NCBI GenBank assembly: GCA_000002435.2 | Contig: CM018791.1 | Direction: 5' to 3' (one strand) | DNA from: Giardia intestinalis | Taxonomy: Eukaryota | Length of the DNA stretch: 64,000 nt | In this document: in pieces, positions 19,150 through 30,900 of the stretch | Numbering within the stretch: position 1 is the first letter of the stretch | Layout of the letters: each line of letters opens with the position of its first letter | Made by a program: the position numbers and the translations under genes | The notes under the pieces: model-generated | Databases searched by the model: none | Seen by the model: only the letters and a program-made list of their open reading frames with translations | Told to the model about the DNA's origin: nothing

Positions 19150-20898
19150 ATGAGTGGTACATACAGCCTGGAGGATATGGCGGGGTACCATTCGATCTAT
19201 GATGATGTTACTCTCCCACCAATCACCCTCACATACTTGCCCACTGGTCAGCAAATCACAACTAAGTCTGAAATACCTGTGGGCCAGGCATTGAAGGTGT
19301 TTGATCCCGAAATCAACGCCATAGCCGCTCTCGTTAACAATGAGATCTTAAGCCTCAATGAAAAGTTGGACATAAGCAGCACAATAGAGCCTATATTCTT
19401 CAAAGGCGAGTATGCGCGCCAGATCTTTTGTGACTCTTTCACGGTGGCACTGCAGGCTGCTGCAACTAAGCTCTTTCGCGGGCAGGCTCTTGAATGTTGC
19501 TACATCATGCAGAATGCTAGGTTTTTCAAGTTCACCGACATGGCCCTTACTCGTGACGATCTAGACGCTCTAAAGGCTTTATTGATCGACATCTCAGACG
19601 CTGACCTCAAAATCTCGCGTACTACTGTTTCGTTTAACGACGCACTTCACTACCTAAAGGAAATTCATCATAAGGGCTCTTGTAACCTGCTTACGTCTAT
19701 CAACACGTCAAAGGTTTCTATGGCAAGAATATACTCCAAAGAGCTTAGTATTGATTTCAGAACCCTCTGGATTTCTACGCTCGCACCTTCTACCGGCGTC
19801 TTAGGAAAGAATCTATGGACGATGAAGCTTCACGATGCAGGGATACTTGTTCATCTCACCGATGACTTTGTCAATGTTAAGCCTCCCAATGCTAAGCTTG
19901 AGAGCCAACTTGCTCCAATCATGATGGCCTATAAAAACTGGTCATCTGTCCTTCGGGTGCCGAATGTAGCGGCTTTGAATGAACTAATTCCTAACAGGAC
20001 AAGAATTCGTGAGTTCATCAACACGTGCGAGTTCAGACACGAGAAGCACATTTCTGAAGTAGCTAAATCTATCCCAGATGATGTCCGCTGCATCTTTGTA
20101 GCTGGCCCCAGCTCGTCATCTAAAACCACGTTCAGCAACAGGCTCTCTGTGCATCTCCGTACTCGCAACTTCCAGCCCATCCGCGTCAGCCTAGATGACT
20201 ATTATATGAATCCGGATAATATCCCCCGTCTAGAGAACGACCCAACAAAGCCAGATTTTGAACATATAGAAGCGCTGGATCTTAAGAGGCTGAGCGAAAA
20301 CCTTCACGGATTACTTAATGGAGAAGAGGTGACCATGGCCCATTATGACTTCAGGACGAAGACTGCAGGAGACGGCAAGAAGCTGAAGCTTCCGTCGGGC
20401 GGGGTCCTCATAATTGAGGGCATCCACGCTCTGAATGACCGCATAACCTCTGCTGTTCCTGCTGATAAGAGGTGTAGAATCTTTATACAGCCAGTGGGAA
20501 ACTTGATCTGGGACGAGCTGCGTCTGTTTGAAAGCGTGGATACACGCCTACTTCGCAGAATGTGTCGTGACTTTGTTTTCAGGAACCGCAGCGCAGATGG
20601 CACATTGGACTTTTGGCCAAGCGTCAGAGCTGGCGAAGAACGCTGGATATTGTCGAACCAGAGTAAGTGTGAGATATACTTCAACTCTTCAGTGCTGTAC
20701 GAGCTCTTCACGCTCAAGGTCTTTGCAATTCCACTTCTCAAGTCAGTGCCACAATCTAGCCGCAACTTCCCATCGGCCCGTCGTCTCCTGCGCCTTCTGG
20801 AGCCATTTCTCCCCATACCCGTTGAGCTAACTCCAGAGATTTCCCTTAGTCGCGAGTTTCTTCCATCTGGAAGCATCTTCGAAGACTTCTTCTTCTAG
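19150..20898 (+). CDS. Uridine kinase/phosphoribulokinase-family P-loop kinase with a ~300-aa N-terminal extension (fused architecture).
   Basis: C-terminal half: Walker A IFVAGPSSSSKTTFSNRL, then VLIIEGIHAL and a PRK/UK-type fold. N-terminal domain unassigned. ATG at 19150 after CATTTAAAAAACTATG. Confidence 0.55.
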   Translation: MSGTYSLEDMAGYHSIYDDVTLPPITLTYLPTGQQITTKSEIPVGQALKVFDPEINAIAALVNNEILSLNEKLDISSTIEPIFFKGEYARQIFCDSFTVALQAAATKLFRGQALECCYIMQNARFFKFTDMALTRDDLDALKALLIDISDADLKISRTTVSFNDALHYLKEIHHKGSCNLLTSINTSKVSMARIYSKELSIDFRTLWISTLAPSTGVLGKNLWTMKLHDAGILVHLTDDFVNVKPPNAKLESQLAPIMMAYKNWSSVLRVPNVAALNELIPNRTRIREFINTCEFRHEKHISEVAKSIPDDVRCIFVAGPSSSSKTTFSNRLSVHLRTRNFQPIRVSLDDYYMNPDNIPRLENDPTKPDFEHIEALDLKRLSENLHGLLNGEEVTMAHYDFRTKTAGDGKKLKLPSGGVLIIEGIHALNDRITSAVPADKRCRIFIQPVGNLIWDELRLFESVDTRLLRRMCRDFVFRNRSADGTLDFWPSVRAGEERWILSNQSKCEIYFNSSVLYELFTLKVFAIPLLKSVPQSSRNFPSARRLLRLLEPFLPIPVELTPEISLSREFLPSGSIFEDFFF

Positions 20899-20979
20899 CC
20901 CCGCGTGTGGTGGTCTTACTTGTTTACATTCAATCCTTGAGTGAATTTGGGTGGTTGAGGTCTGATTAAAGATTCAAAA

Positions 20980-23898
20980 ATGACGCGGTTAGCGACTCTC
21001 ATGTCTCGGTATCAGCTTCTAAGCAAGCTGGGCAAAGGATCCAGGAGCACGATATACCTGGCTCAAGACAATGAAACAGGCAATTATTTGGCATGTAAAG
21101 AACTTTGTTATCGCGACTGGGATTCGTCGGAACTGAGCCTTCTAGAACATGAGATAATGGTAAATAGGGCGCTAGTTCATCCTAACATTATGCGGTATCA
21201 ATATATTCTTAACGATAAGGAGAACTGTCGCTATTACCTCTTGATGAGTTACTTTTCTAAATCAGATTTGGGGTACCAGCTCGTCAAGCGTAAGGAAACA
21301 CATGCACGATTCAAGGAGGCAACCATATGGACTCTCATGGCGCAGTTGTATGATGTGCTTCTTTATTTGCACTCTGTTGATAAGCGCCACAGTACTGATA
21401 TCTCCATTGCTCTATTAAGGGATTTCAGACCATCCAATTTCTTTCTGTCTAGTCGCGGTATTATTCAAATTAAATCTTTGCAGCACCTCAAGCTTCTCGA
21501 ATTTGGCTCTGTAGAGGCCGAGCCGTTTGCAAGCAAGCTTCCTCCACTGCTCGTACCATATTTGGCACCCGATGTTTTGCAAGGAAACTATTACAGCGCA
21601 TCATCTGATATCTGGTCTCTAGGATGCCTTCTCTATGAGTTGTGTACATTTCAGGCCTTTGTTACAGGGCGTACACCCAACGATGTCCTCCAGGCGCTAG
21701 CAGGCGCTAGACACCCCATTGTTTTGGACCATTATTCACAAAGCTTATCACACGTTCTCAGCCTTATGCTCCAGCCCAATTCCCGAGATCGCATTACCCT
21801 GAAGCAGTTGGGGTCGTTTCCACAGCTAAAGTCGGCCTGGGAGCAATATAAGGCATACATCACCCACACAAGGAAACCTGTGGGTGATCCTATACCCTTA
21901 CTGTTCCATTGCAAGTGCGGTGGGGATGGCCATAGTTGCTGCCTGGATGCTCGCCGCAAGAATGGCCTTCCAGATACATATATTTCGCGGAGAGACCTCC
22001 AGAGTGATGCAGTGACTCCGGCTAACCTCTGGCAACAAAGCACCTCTTCTCGCTTACTAGCTTCCAAGCGCCACAAGTCTAACGGCGAATTCGAGGTTGT
22101 CCACGTGAATCAGCGTGCAGAAGACGAGGATGGAATTAAATATGAACGCTTGGAATCAGATGCTCTTGCGCTGGAAGATAGATTGGGTTACACACCGAAT
22201 GCAACGGGTGTTGTATTTACACAACCGGCCATACAGGCAATCGATCTGAACAGTACACGCCAATCTCCATCGAATACCACCAAGGAGTCATACTTTGCAA
22301 CTCATGGGCGCTACCCCAAAGGGGTTGTGAACCGCCTAGTCTATAGCAATGAAAATAGCCGTATGGAGGGCGGCGGGGCGCTGCAAACTCAATTTGAATT
22401 GGTAGAAAAAGTCATTGAAGACTCTCCTTCTATTAGAAATCCGTCCAGCGCGAAATATATAGAATATGGCAATTTTGCAGGCCGCACTATGCTCAACACA
22501 ACCATCGGTGGTCAAGGAAACATGACAATGATGGGAGGAGTTCTTGGCCCTGTGAATGTAGATGAGATTTTCAAGGGCGAGGAGGTTGAGACACAGGATA
22601 GGGCATGCAGTCCGATTATCGTTAGTGTGCATTCTCCCAACTACACTAGAACAGAGCTTGACAGCCTGATGACAAACGATGGTGTCACACGCCATACTAG
22701 AAAGCATAGAAACGAGTTCGGTGATACAATCAGCACCTGCTGGCAGCCTTCTCTAAAGAGCAATATTTCTTCTGTAAGGACTCTTGACTTGGATGAAAAG
22801 GTTGCTTCAATTAACATGCCTTCGACACCAAATCACCGTCTAAGGGACAGTAGCTATGATATTTATCCCACATTAAATTCTAGCGGAGGTATGGCAGAAT
22901 CTCTATATGCCAATTCTCTTTCTCCGCCGAAGAAAAACAAAACCTCTATCAATGATAGCCATGACTCTAAGATCACTAGCCATATTTTCTCGCCGTCCTA
23001 CAAGGCATCCTTTTATGATCCAAAAATGCTATCCACACCGAAGGCTTTCGAGGCATTTAGCTCTGATGAAGAAGGACAGCATAGTGATGTGCCGCAAGAG
23101 GTAATTAACTACCGTCGAAGCCCCCCTGCATCCTTATATGAAGAGCCTTTACGCTTGGATTACCACAGGCACCCAGTACAGGTGCCTATTGTTTATACTA
23201 CTGATGATACGGTTTCATACATTGATATTCTTAAAAGCACACAATCCACAACCAGAGCAGTTGGTCCTAATAAACCGGAAAAGCTGAAGAAACAGAAGAA
23301 GTCCAAAGAACCTACCCAGCCCCCTGTAATATCATTTGAGGACGATTGCTCTGTTGGTAGACTACCTACGCCTGATAGGACAATGATAAAGGTAAGCCAC
23401 CGGGATTCTATCAGAGAGCCAGGAAACGATGATCATCTTATTTCTGCGTATTCTCGATGGTCGTCGCCTTCAATTACTCCACAACCTCCTGCAGCACCCT
23501 GCACATATGAACATTATCATGCATCGTATGTCCCACGTAATAAGCTAACGCCGCCGAAGACAATACAGGTTCCGCTCCCAGGCGACTACACTCACTATGC
23601 CTTTTCATCAAATAAGATTGAAAAATCATCAGCATTAGCCAAAGACATACATGGTGCGCATGAGCCTACGTCTACCAACAATCTAGCACTGTCCAGGAAC
23701 AGCATTGCACATGTTTATGAGACGCATTTTCTGCCCCATGAAAGGTATGTTTCTAAGCATGAGTTACAAAGAACACACCCTGTCACGTTTTCTATGTTAA
23801 ACACTACCACTAACGGGACAAGAAGCGGAGCAGAGGGGTTGAGAAATACGCTATCCACTGACAGAGGTGTTGGAAGCTCAAGTCAAGTCACTTTGTAA
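20980..23898 (+). CDS. Nek-like protein kinase-fold protein with degenerate catalytic motifs (pseudokinase) and a long low-complexity C-terminal region.
   Basis: Kinase-like N-terminus (YQLLSKLGKGSRSTIYLAQD, ACKELCY, HPNIMRY, IWSLGCLLYELC). HRD is replaced by HSVDKRH, DFG by EFG and APE by APD. A Cys motif HCKCGGDGHSCC follows the domain. ATG at 20980. Confidence 0.6.
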   Translation: MTRLATLMSRYQLLSKLGKGSRSTIYLAQDNETGNYLACKELCYRDWDSSELSLLEHEIMVNRALVHPNIMRYQYILNDKENCRYYLLMSYFSKSDLGYQLVKRKETHARFKEATIWTLMAQLYDVLLYLHSVDKRHSTDISIALLRDFRPSNFFLSSRGIIQIKSLQHLKLLEFGSVEAEPFASKLPPLLVPYLAPDVLQGNYYSASSDIWSLGCLLYELCTFQAFVTGRTPNDVLQALAGARHPIVLDHYSQSLSHVLSLMLQPNSRDRITLKQLGSFPQLKSAWEQYKAYITHTRKPVGDPIPLLFHCKCGGDGHSCCLDARRKNGLPDTYISRRDLQSDAVTPANLWQQSTSSRLLASKRHKSNGEFEVVHVNQRAEDEDGIKYERLESDALALEDRLGYTPNATGVVFTQPAIQAIDLNSTRQSPSNTTKESYFATHGRYPKGVVNRLVYSNENSRMEGGGALQTQFELVEKVIEDSPSIRNPSSAKYIEYGNFAGRTMLNTTIGGQGNMTMMGGVLGPVNVDEIFKGEEVETQDRACSPIIVSVHSPNYTRTELDSLMTNDGVTRHTRKHRNEFGDTISTCWQPSLKSNISSVRTLDLDEKVASINMPSTPNHRLRDSSYDIYPTLNSSGGMAESLYANSLSPPKKNKTSINDSHDSKITSHIFSPSYKASFYDPKMLSTPKAFEAFSSDEEGQHSDVPQEVINYRRSPPASLYEEPLRLDYHRHPVQVPIVYTTDDTVSYIDILKSTQSTTRAVGPNKPEKLKKQKKSKEPTQPPVISFEDDCSVGRLPTPDRTMIKVSHRDSIREPGNDDHLISAYSRWSSPSITPQPPAAPCTYEHYHASYVPRNKLTPPKTIQVPLPGDYTHYAFSSNKIEKSSALAKDIHGAHEPTSTNNLALSRNSIAHVYETHFLPHERYVSKHELQRTHPVTFSMLNTTTNGTRSGAEGLRNTLSTDRGVGSSSQVTL

Positions 23899-23954
23899 GC
23901 CACACCATATGTCAATAAGTGAATGGCTGCTTGGAAATCATTTCTGTTATAAAA

Positions 23955-26075
23955 ATGGCAAATCAGATTCTGGCCGGTGTCCTTCAATTAGAGCAGGTCC
24001 TGGCCACCGGAGAACACAGTGTCATATATCAGTGCGCTGACTTACGGACTGGGAGTACATACGCATGTAAGAAGATCTGTTATTCACGATTTGATCAGCT
24101 TAAAGAAGACGCTCTTAACCACGAACTTGCTGTCGTGCATAGAGCTAATCATGGAAATGTGGTTGCATACTTAGATGTTATACATGATAAACCATGCCAA
24201 ACATATTACATTATTATGCCTTTTTACAGATTTTACGATCTAGGAACGCAAATTTGTAAGAAAATTGAAGAGGGCGGTCGTTTTGAAGAGGCATGCGTTT
24301 GGCTAATATTAGTGCAGTGTCTTCTTGCTCTAGACTACCTTGACACGGAGCTCTCTGACGTCGACGCAGATGCACGTCCCACAAATAAGCTTGTCTTCGG
24401 AAACATTCGGCCCACCAGTATCTATGTTGATTTGCAAGGGAATACGTACATAAATACATTTAGATTGTCAAAGTATCCTTCGCTTTTGAATGGCACTGCA
24501 GCTCCCAAGTTAGCACCATACTGGGCTCCAGAGCAGCTCATGAACTATTCACATAGTAGTAAGATAGAGATTTGGTCGCTAGGTTGCATAGTTTACGAAA
24601 TGTGTCTCTTGCACAGTTTGTTCAGAGGCACATGCGAAGACGTATTAGAGCAAATACAGAAGCTAAGGCGACCTGTCAAGCTGCCTAATTACTCAGCACA
24701 GTTGGAGGAGGTAGTTAACAGCCTTCTAGAGCCGTCTCCAGACAAACGTCTCTCTGCAGCAGAGCTCCTCAAGCATCCGACAATCTTGGAGTACAAGCGC
24801 TTTTATGATGAGCAGATAGTTTCTAGGAAGCTTGCCTTAGGGCACCAGCTTCCACGGATGGGTCTTTGCAAAATCTGCGGCGGGAATGGATTAGATTGTT
24901 GCGAAATAGTTCGACTTGCAGTTGCCAACAGCAAAAGGCTATCTTATATAGATGAGCATGGGAATCTTGTTTACGTAGATACTCTTGCAGAGCAAAAGGC
25001 AGGGATCGCCCGTGTAGCCAATCAGCGAACTATGGACCGCATTTATTCTGTGATTAATCCAGATTCTCGGAAGGCAAATTACTTCAATATTCAGCCAGTG
25101 ACGAAGGATATGATTCGAGCTAAGCAACAAGCCAGCTATGCATGGAAATCTGCACAAGATGAAGGTAGAACTAAAGGTGAAAACGCCCACTCTATTGTAA
25201 TGAATTCAATAAAAGATGGATACAAGTACAACGAGCAGCGCAACTATTTCCCCAAAGAAAGATATCGAGACCCAAACACATATCCGCTTACTAATCTAGT
25301 TCCAGTAACGCTGATCCAATCTGCAGAGCATAAGCAAGGAACGAGATTGCAGTTAGCTTCTAGACAACGGAACGAGCTGGATCAATGGAGCTATGAGGGA
25401 CTAGACACAATAAACTTCAAGACGCAATACTCAGAGCAGCCGTCATGGGCATACTCCGGCAACACAGATATGAAGGATGTACCCAGTATCGTCTCTAATG
25501 CAGAGGAGCGAGCAGTTAGGCAAGATAATAATGATGCACCTTCTTATAAAGTAGGGCATAGTAGCGGCTTTTCCAGCACTATCGGCAATTCGTCTTTTAT
25601 CGACGAGCTTCTCTTCCAGGTAAGGTCCGTATCTCCACCTAAGCCGGTCTGTAAGGACTTCGTTCCGCTAGTGTATGCGAATTCTTCGACGCCTCCTCCC
25701 AGCTATCAGTCGATGAACAGTGTCCCAGTAACAAAGGTAACTACAGAGTACGAGCTCTTCCAACCGTCTATTCATACACTACTAAATCCGTCAGTGAACC
25801 ATGCCAGTCCAGCAGACACATCGGTACAGAGCGTAGCGCCTGTGAACATTTCGGGGCCCAGCGCCCACAGAGATGGGCCACAAGCGTTGCAGGCATCAGG
25901 ACTAGAGCCTAAGTCGTCTCTACTCGTGTCCAGCGCTGTACCATCTAAGGCATCCACAATCTACAAGAAGGAACCGCTCTCCACTTCAGTCACTTCAGTA
26001 TACAAAGACTCTGCGCTCTATGTCTCATCTGTTAACCCAGCTAGCGAGTATATGCCAGAACAAAAGCAAAAGTAG
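23955..26075 (+). CDS. Nek-like pseudokinase, tandem paralogue of 20980..23898.
   Basis: Same layout and shared motifs (ACKKICY, HGNVVAY, IWSLGCIVYEMC, CKICGGNGLDCC). HRD/DFG are lacking. The track start 23919 is a GTG; the first ATG is at 23955 (ATAAAAATG). Confidence 0.6.
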   Translation: MANQILAGVLQLEQVLATGEHSVIYQCADLRTGSTYACKKICYSRFDQLKEDALNHELAVVHRANHGNVVAYLDVIHDKPCQTYYIIMPFYRFYDLGTQICKKIEEGGRFEEACVWLILVQCLLALDYLDTELSDVDADARPTNKLVFGNIRPTSIYVDLQGNTYINTFRLSKYPSLLNGTAAPKLAPYWAPEQLMNYSHSSKIEIWSLGCIVYEMCLLHSLFRGTCEDVLEQIQKLRRPVKLPNYSAQLEEVVNSLLEPSPDKRLSAAELLKHPTILEYKRFYDEQIVSRKLALGHQLPRMGLCKICGGNGLDCCEIVRLAVANSKRLSYIDEHGNLVYVDTLAEQKAGIARVANQRTMDRIYSVINPDSRKANYFNIQPVTKDMIRAKQQASYAWKSAQDEGRTKGENAHSIVMNSIKDGYKYNEQRNYFPKERYRDPNTYPLTNLVPVTLIQSAEHKQGTRLQLASRQRNELDQWSYEGLDTINFKTQYSEQPSWAYSGNTDMKDVPSIVSNAEERAVRQDNNDAPSYKVGHSSGFSSTIGNSSFIDELLFQVRSVSPPKPVCKDFVPLVYANSSTPPPSYQSMNSVPVTKVTTEYELFQPSIHTLLNPSVNHASPADTSVQSVAPVNISGPSAHRDGPQALQASGLEPKSSLLVSSAVPSKASTIYKKEPLSTSVTSVYKDSALYVSSVNPASEYMPEQKQK

Positions 26076-26226
26076 CTGGCTCTGATGACCGGCCTTATAT
26101 TTTAAGTAAGTTCAGGACTTAAGATGTGTTAGTTCAAAAATAACAGACAAGTAATTCCACTAGTGTTTAAGTTGCATATCTTAATGTGTTATATGTGAGG
26201 GCTGGCCGACTGAAAGTATGCTTTGA

Positions 26227-27714
26227 TTAATTTGTGCTTGAGTCTAGGGTAAGAGTTGTTTCTCGCTCTGTCATTTCCAGAGCCGTTACTAGCGTTGTAA
26301 GGGTTGACTGATCAGCAAATGTTTGCCCCATATGGTCAGCTGCTTCATTTTCTTCTTTATCTTTATCCATACTTACATCTTTTGATTCTCTTATGGAGCA
26401 CGGGGGGACCGCAAGTCTTGCAGTCGGCTCTAGACCTGTTGCACTTAAGGAGATTATGCGTGGGGCACTCACTTTAGCCTGGCGTGCAGTAGCTTCAGCT
26501 AGCAGGATATTATCGTCTTCAATGTTAGTAGATTTATCGACATAAATCTCGATATTTGAGTCGTTAGGAATGACCGGAACAAGTACCACATTGCATCCTG
26601 AAAGCCGAATATCAGACAGAACGCTACTGAACTCTATGAGTGTCTGTTCTTCACTCTTTACGGCATCTAAGATCTGTTCTGGTGACAGCAGTGTATATGG
26701 TAAGGAGCGGTTTCCGTAGAACTCTCCTTGTTTTGTGTGCAAGAACATGTCCCAGTTGACTGCAAGACAGTCGTGCTCAAATAGTGTTTCGGCCTGTAGG
26801 CCTAAGAGGAAATTTAAAGCAGCCTCGCCGAATTCTTCGCTACTGTAGTTTGATAACTGGATGTTTTGGCTAACATCTTCAACGCTTTCAACAATCTGAT
26901 TGTCGTCTTTAATCACAAATTGGTCGTCAGAATCTTTGTGTATTGTTTCATGGAAGTACTCTTTAACCAACTGAATATGCTCCTTATATGTGTACCCGGG
27001 CTTAAAGCAAAAGATAGTGAACAAGAGTGCAGTGTTCTCGACACTGTAAAGTCCTTCTAGTCTAAGGTAAAGCAGCCAATTGTACTTAGGAGACCTAGAC
27101 GAAATTCCAAAGGGCTGCAGATTGACAGGCTTCTTGCAAATAAGTCTTGCTAAATTAACTAGAGTGCTGATGAAAATGGTAAGCCGTTTGAGCTTCGTCA
27201 GGGAGCATATGAGAACAGACTTGGATCCCTTACCAGCAGCCATTATCTGCCTGACTAATTGTACAGTCTTCTGTCTGTCTTGAGATAATTCAACATAGGC
27301 ACGCTGGAGCTCAACAAGAGTCTTTAGCTTCGCCGTGTACACTTCTAAATACTCCGAATGAGACGAAAGAATAATGCTTGCATAGTTTCGTTCCAGTGGC
27401 GGTATATCTAAGGCTTTCCAAAGAGGTATGAGCGACCCAAATGGCTTACGTAGCCAAGCTGAAGACTCGGATGGTGACTTCAGTGGGCGCCTTTCACGAT
27501 GAGCTAGGTTTATAGACGAGTATATCTGCCTGTCTACCAGTCTATTAGCTTTGAGGGAGCCTGTGTGTAGTGATACGTTATCGGGAGAAAGCAATCGCGT
27601 CTCTCTTCTACTTCTGCCTCTTCCAAGCACTCTTTCTAGACTGCTGTTTTTTCCTGGAGAGGAAGAAATCCGATATATGTCCTGGTACGAACACCCGGTG
27701 GTGTGGGAAGACAT
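26227..27714 (-). CDS. Member B of the paralogous family (core domain only, no repeats).
   Basis: Motifs WKALDIPPLERNYASIIL, AAGKGSKSVLICSLTKLKRLTIFISTLVNLARLICKKPV, FLLGLQAETLFEHDCLAVNWDMFLH, LPYTLLSPEQILDAV, VVLVPVIP. The track start 27783 is a TTG; the ATG is at 27714 after an AT-rich leader. Confidence 0.6.
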   Translation of the reverse strand: MSSHTTGCSYQDIYRISSSPGKNSSLERVLGRGRSRRETRLLSPDNVSLHTGSLKANRLVDRQIYSSINLAHRERRPLKSPSESSAWLRKPFGSLIPLWKALDIPPLERNYASIILSSHSEYLEVYTAKLKTLVELQRAYVELSQDRQKTVQLVRQIMAAGKGSKSVLICSLTKLKRLTIFISTLVNLARLICKKPVNLQPFGISSRSPKYNWLLYLRLEGLYSVENTALLFTIFCFKPGYTYKEHIQLVKEYFHETIHKDSDDQFVIKDDNQIVESVEDVSQNIQLSNYSSEEFGEAALNFLLGLQAETLFEHDCLAVNWDMFLHTKQGEFYGNRSLPYTLLSPEQILDAVKSEEQTLIEFSSVLSDIRLSGCNVVLVPVIPNDSNIEIYVDKSTNIEDDNILLAEATARQAKVSAPRIISLSATGLEPTARLAVPPCSIRESKDVSMDKDKEENEAADHMGQTFADQSTLTTLVTALEMTERETTLTLDSSTN

Positions 27715-27911
27715 TAAAAAGTTTTTGAGGACAGGTTTTAAAGGATAGTTTGGGCAGTTATAGCTGGAGCTGATGCGTGGCAACCTACCCTTGTCAACCC
27801 TTTCATTACTAAAATGTGTTTGCCATTCTCCATATTATCAATTTTAAAGTATTGATACAATGCGCAGATAAGACCCAAATTCACTTCTGAGTATAGAGGG
27901 GGGTTACGTTG

Positions 27912-30900
27912 TTATCTTCGCTGTTTTCTGCCAGTCACTGGGAGATCCGTTGCTTCGCTTTGCGGCTGCGGATTAGCTGCTTCAGCACACTCTATTTCAC
28001 CGTCCTCATTATAAAACGAGGTTTTCTTGGTATCGCTTTGATAGACACTCTGCTTCTTAACTTGGCGCGGTCCTGTTCTGCGTTGATTGATGGACACAGT
28101 TATAGTGTCGCTTTCAGAAGGAATACAAGCGATGTTTTGGAGCACAGACGATGCTATGCGATTTGTACCTGAATTACTGTTGTCCTTATGGGACGATTCT
28201 TTAGTTCCTACGTGAAGTACTTGTGGGTCATTGCTGCTATTGTAGTGGGGATCAAGTGAGATCTGCTTGTCCCTGCGGACTACTGAAGACGCCAACTGAT
28301 CATTCCATTGACGACTATTAGATCCAACGGATGCACTCCCAGCTGGTCGATCTTTGGAAACCGACGGCTCTTGCCTGGAAGCCACTTTGGCTGCAGAGGC
28401 ATGAATAGCCGACTGTTCACCAGATCGGGCGCTGAAAACATCATCAGGGGCTGTGTGAACACTAATCTGTTCTGGGTCGCGGAATCGCGAGGGGTGATCA
28501 CTTGTAGGTTGATGTGCTTCGCTGAACAATCCCATATCCAGTTTAGATTCGGCTTCCGTTGGAGCAGACGTCCTGTGAGTCGAATAATCTGTGTGATACG
28601 ACGATATTGGACCGATCGTAAGATCTTGTGGCAAAGGATCATTGAGGGCTATTCGATGATTAATTTGTGGAGCAATCGATTCATGTGTAGTCGATGATTC
28701 AATGGAGGGTGTTCTAATAGGTCTATAGGACGTTTCAGAGGCAGGTTCAGAGGATGGCTTCTCTCTTTCCAAGCTTTTGACGCGCGGAGGCAATCGGGCG
28801 TGCTGAACCTTAGCAGGGGAATGATGCTCCTGAGTAGCCACAGCAGTCTTATGCTGTTCAGAGTTTTTGGTCCATGACATGTTTAACTCCTGAACCTGTA
28901 CATCTATCTCTTCCAATTGTAGGCTTCGCTTAGACGAACTACTAGGCTCCTTAGAGAAGTGCTTAATAAGGGAAGCCGGCTCCATTGAGATTGATGGAGA
29001 CCTGGTTTGATGTTGCTGGCTTGGCAATACTGTTGATGAACTAGATAATGCCGTTGAATGTTCTGTCGCCTGTGTGGACGAGTTCAGCTCTACCACAGGG
29101 ATGGAACCTCGTGCAACTGTTGCACTTTGAACGGTAGTGGCAGTGCATGCAAAAAAGTCTTGAGCAACATAAGGGTCAGAGGGATCCATCTTAGATCCCT
29201 CAGTAGGCAGATAAGAACTTGTATCATGAGATACATCATCTGGAGCAGGAGTCTTCTCTAAAGATGCCGCAGGGTTTGCAATACGTTTGGGAGAACAGAG
29301 AGTTCGGGAAGGCATAGTCTCAACGGGTGGGAGGGTAGTTAGAGAAGAAAGAGCTGGCTCAGTGAAGGTAGGCAGGGGAAGCTCTATAGTTGATACAACA
29401 ACTGGGCTGTTAGGAATCAAAATTGTATCAATATTTGTGGTCGTTTCATATAATGCAGCCGAGAACGAATCCTGCCGCTCATGTTTAGAAACATCAATAC
29501 TTCCAGGAATTATTTGAACGATAGATTGCTCTGCAAGGAAGTTGGAAATAAGATCGTCCTTGTGTTGTGGCTGAATGTTAGCAGGAAGGCTGGCATGGTT
29601 TAGTATTAAAGCTGGCTGTTCAAGGCTTGTAGTTATTGATAGATTATTAGTGGAATAGAGCTCGTCGATAATGGATGTTTCCAGTGGCGCTGTAGCCATG
29701 GCCTGCGAGTCCTGATCAGCATACATCTCTTCGATGATAGACTTTGTCACAGATGCGGAACGCAATGGTAGTGTAGGTGCACTGCTATGCATTTGCTGCA
29801 CATAATTGGACAGGCGCGGCCCTTCGGTAAATTGTGCCGGTATTGGGGCTTCCAAGTCTTCTAGTTGCAGACGAGATTCTTCTGCAAGCAGAGAGGAGCG
29901 TTGTGTTGGAAGTGTAGAGGTTGCCACCTCAGCCGTAGCGTTAGGAATTTGCAATGAACTTGAAGCCTGCGAGGAGGCGTGAAATTCGGCGAGGGAACGC
30001 GGAAATCCTTCTAGTTCGCTAGATGCATCCCTTGCATGTGACACCCGCACAGAGGGCAGCGCTTTCACAATTGATTTTTCAAGGGTAGTCGGAATTGTGC
30101 TTATATGGTGGACAAGTCCAGTAACGTCTTCTCCGATGACATCTACGGGAGTGAAGGCACGAGACAAGAGATACTCATTACTGTGTTGCGGAATAGTTGA
30201 ATGAGATCTGGAGATAGAAACGGCCGGAAGGGCTTTAGAGCTAATGGGGCCATCAGCCATGCTCATCTCTTCCAAGATAGAAAGATTGTTTTCGCGTACC
30301 TGACTATAGTTTGAAAATTGAGGTGGCGGGAGGTCTGGGAATACCAAATTGGTGCTGGCACCTGGAACTGTTCCCAGAATAGACGCATTAGCAGCAAACG
30401 GAACTGTTTCAATAAATGTATGTGCTGCTGTACAGTCAGTCATTATGTAAGGAGTGGATGGAGCTGAGCGCCTAGAAATAGACGGCTCCTTGGACCACAC
30501 GGTGGGCTTTGGTTTGCGGATTACAGTTGCTCGATACTCCTTTGTGGGAGGAATCGAAGGACTGGTGACCTGCTTGACCTCATTTGTAACAGAAATAATC
30601 GGCGGTGTCTGTTTGATTAATTCGTTAGCAGAGGTAGACACATGTGGAGCAGGTTGGTGAGGAGCCAGTTCCTTGAGAGTCTGTTCTGGTCGAGGTTGTT
30701 CGCAAGAAGGAGTTCTAGACCTCTTAGAAGAGTGCATAACTAAAGAGTCCGATGGGCTATGGGTTTCCTCATAGGTCTCCTCCGGCTGCTCCGCCAGTAA
30801 GTCGCACGTTTCAAATTCGTCTAGCTGACCTTCGCAACCAGGCTCATCCGGAAAATCTAACGGTTTATGTGCCCGTTTAATCGTGGATCGCGACAGGGTA

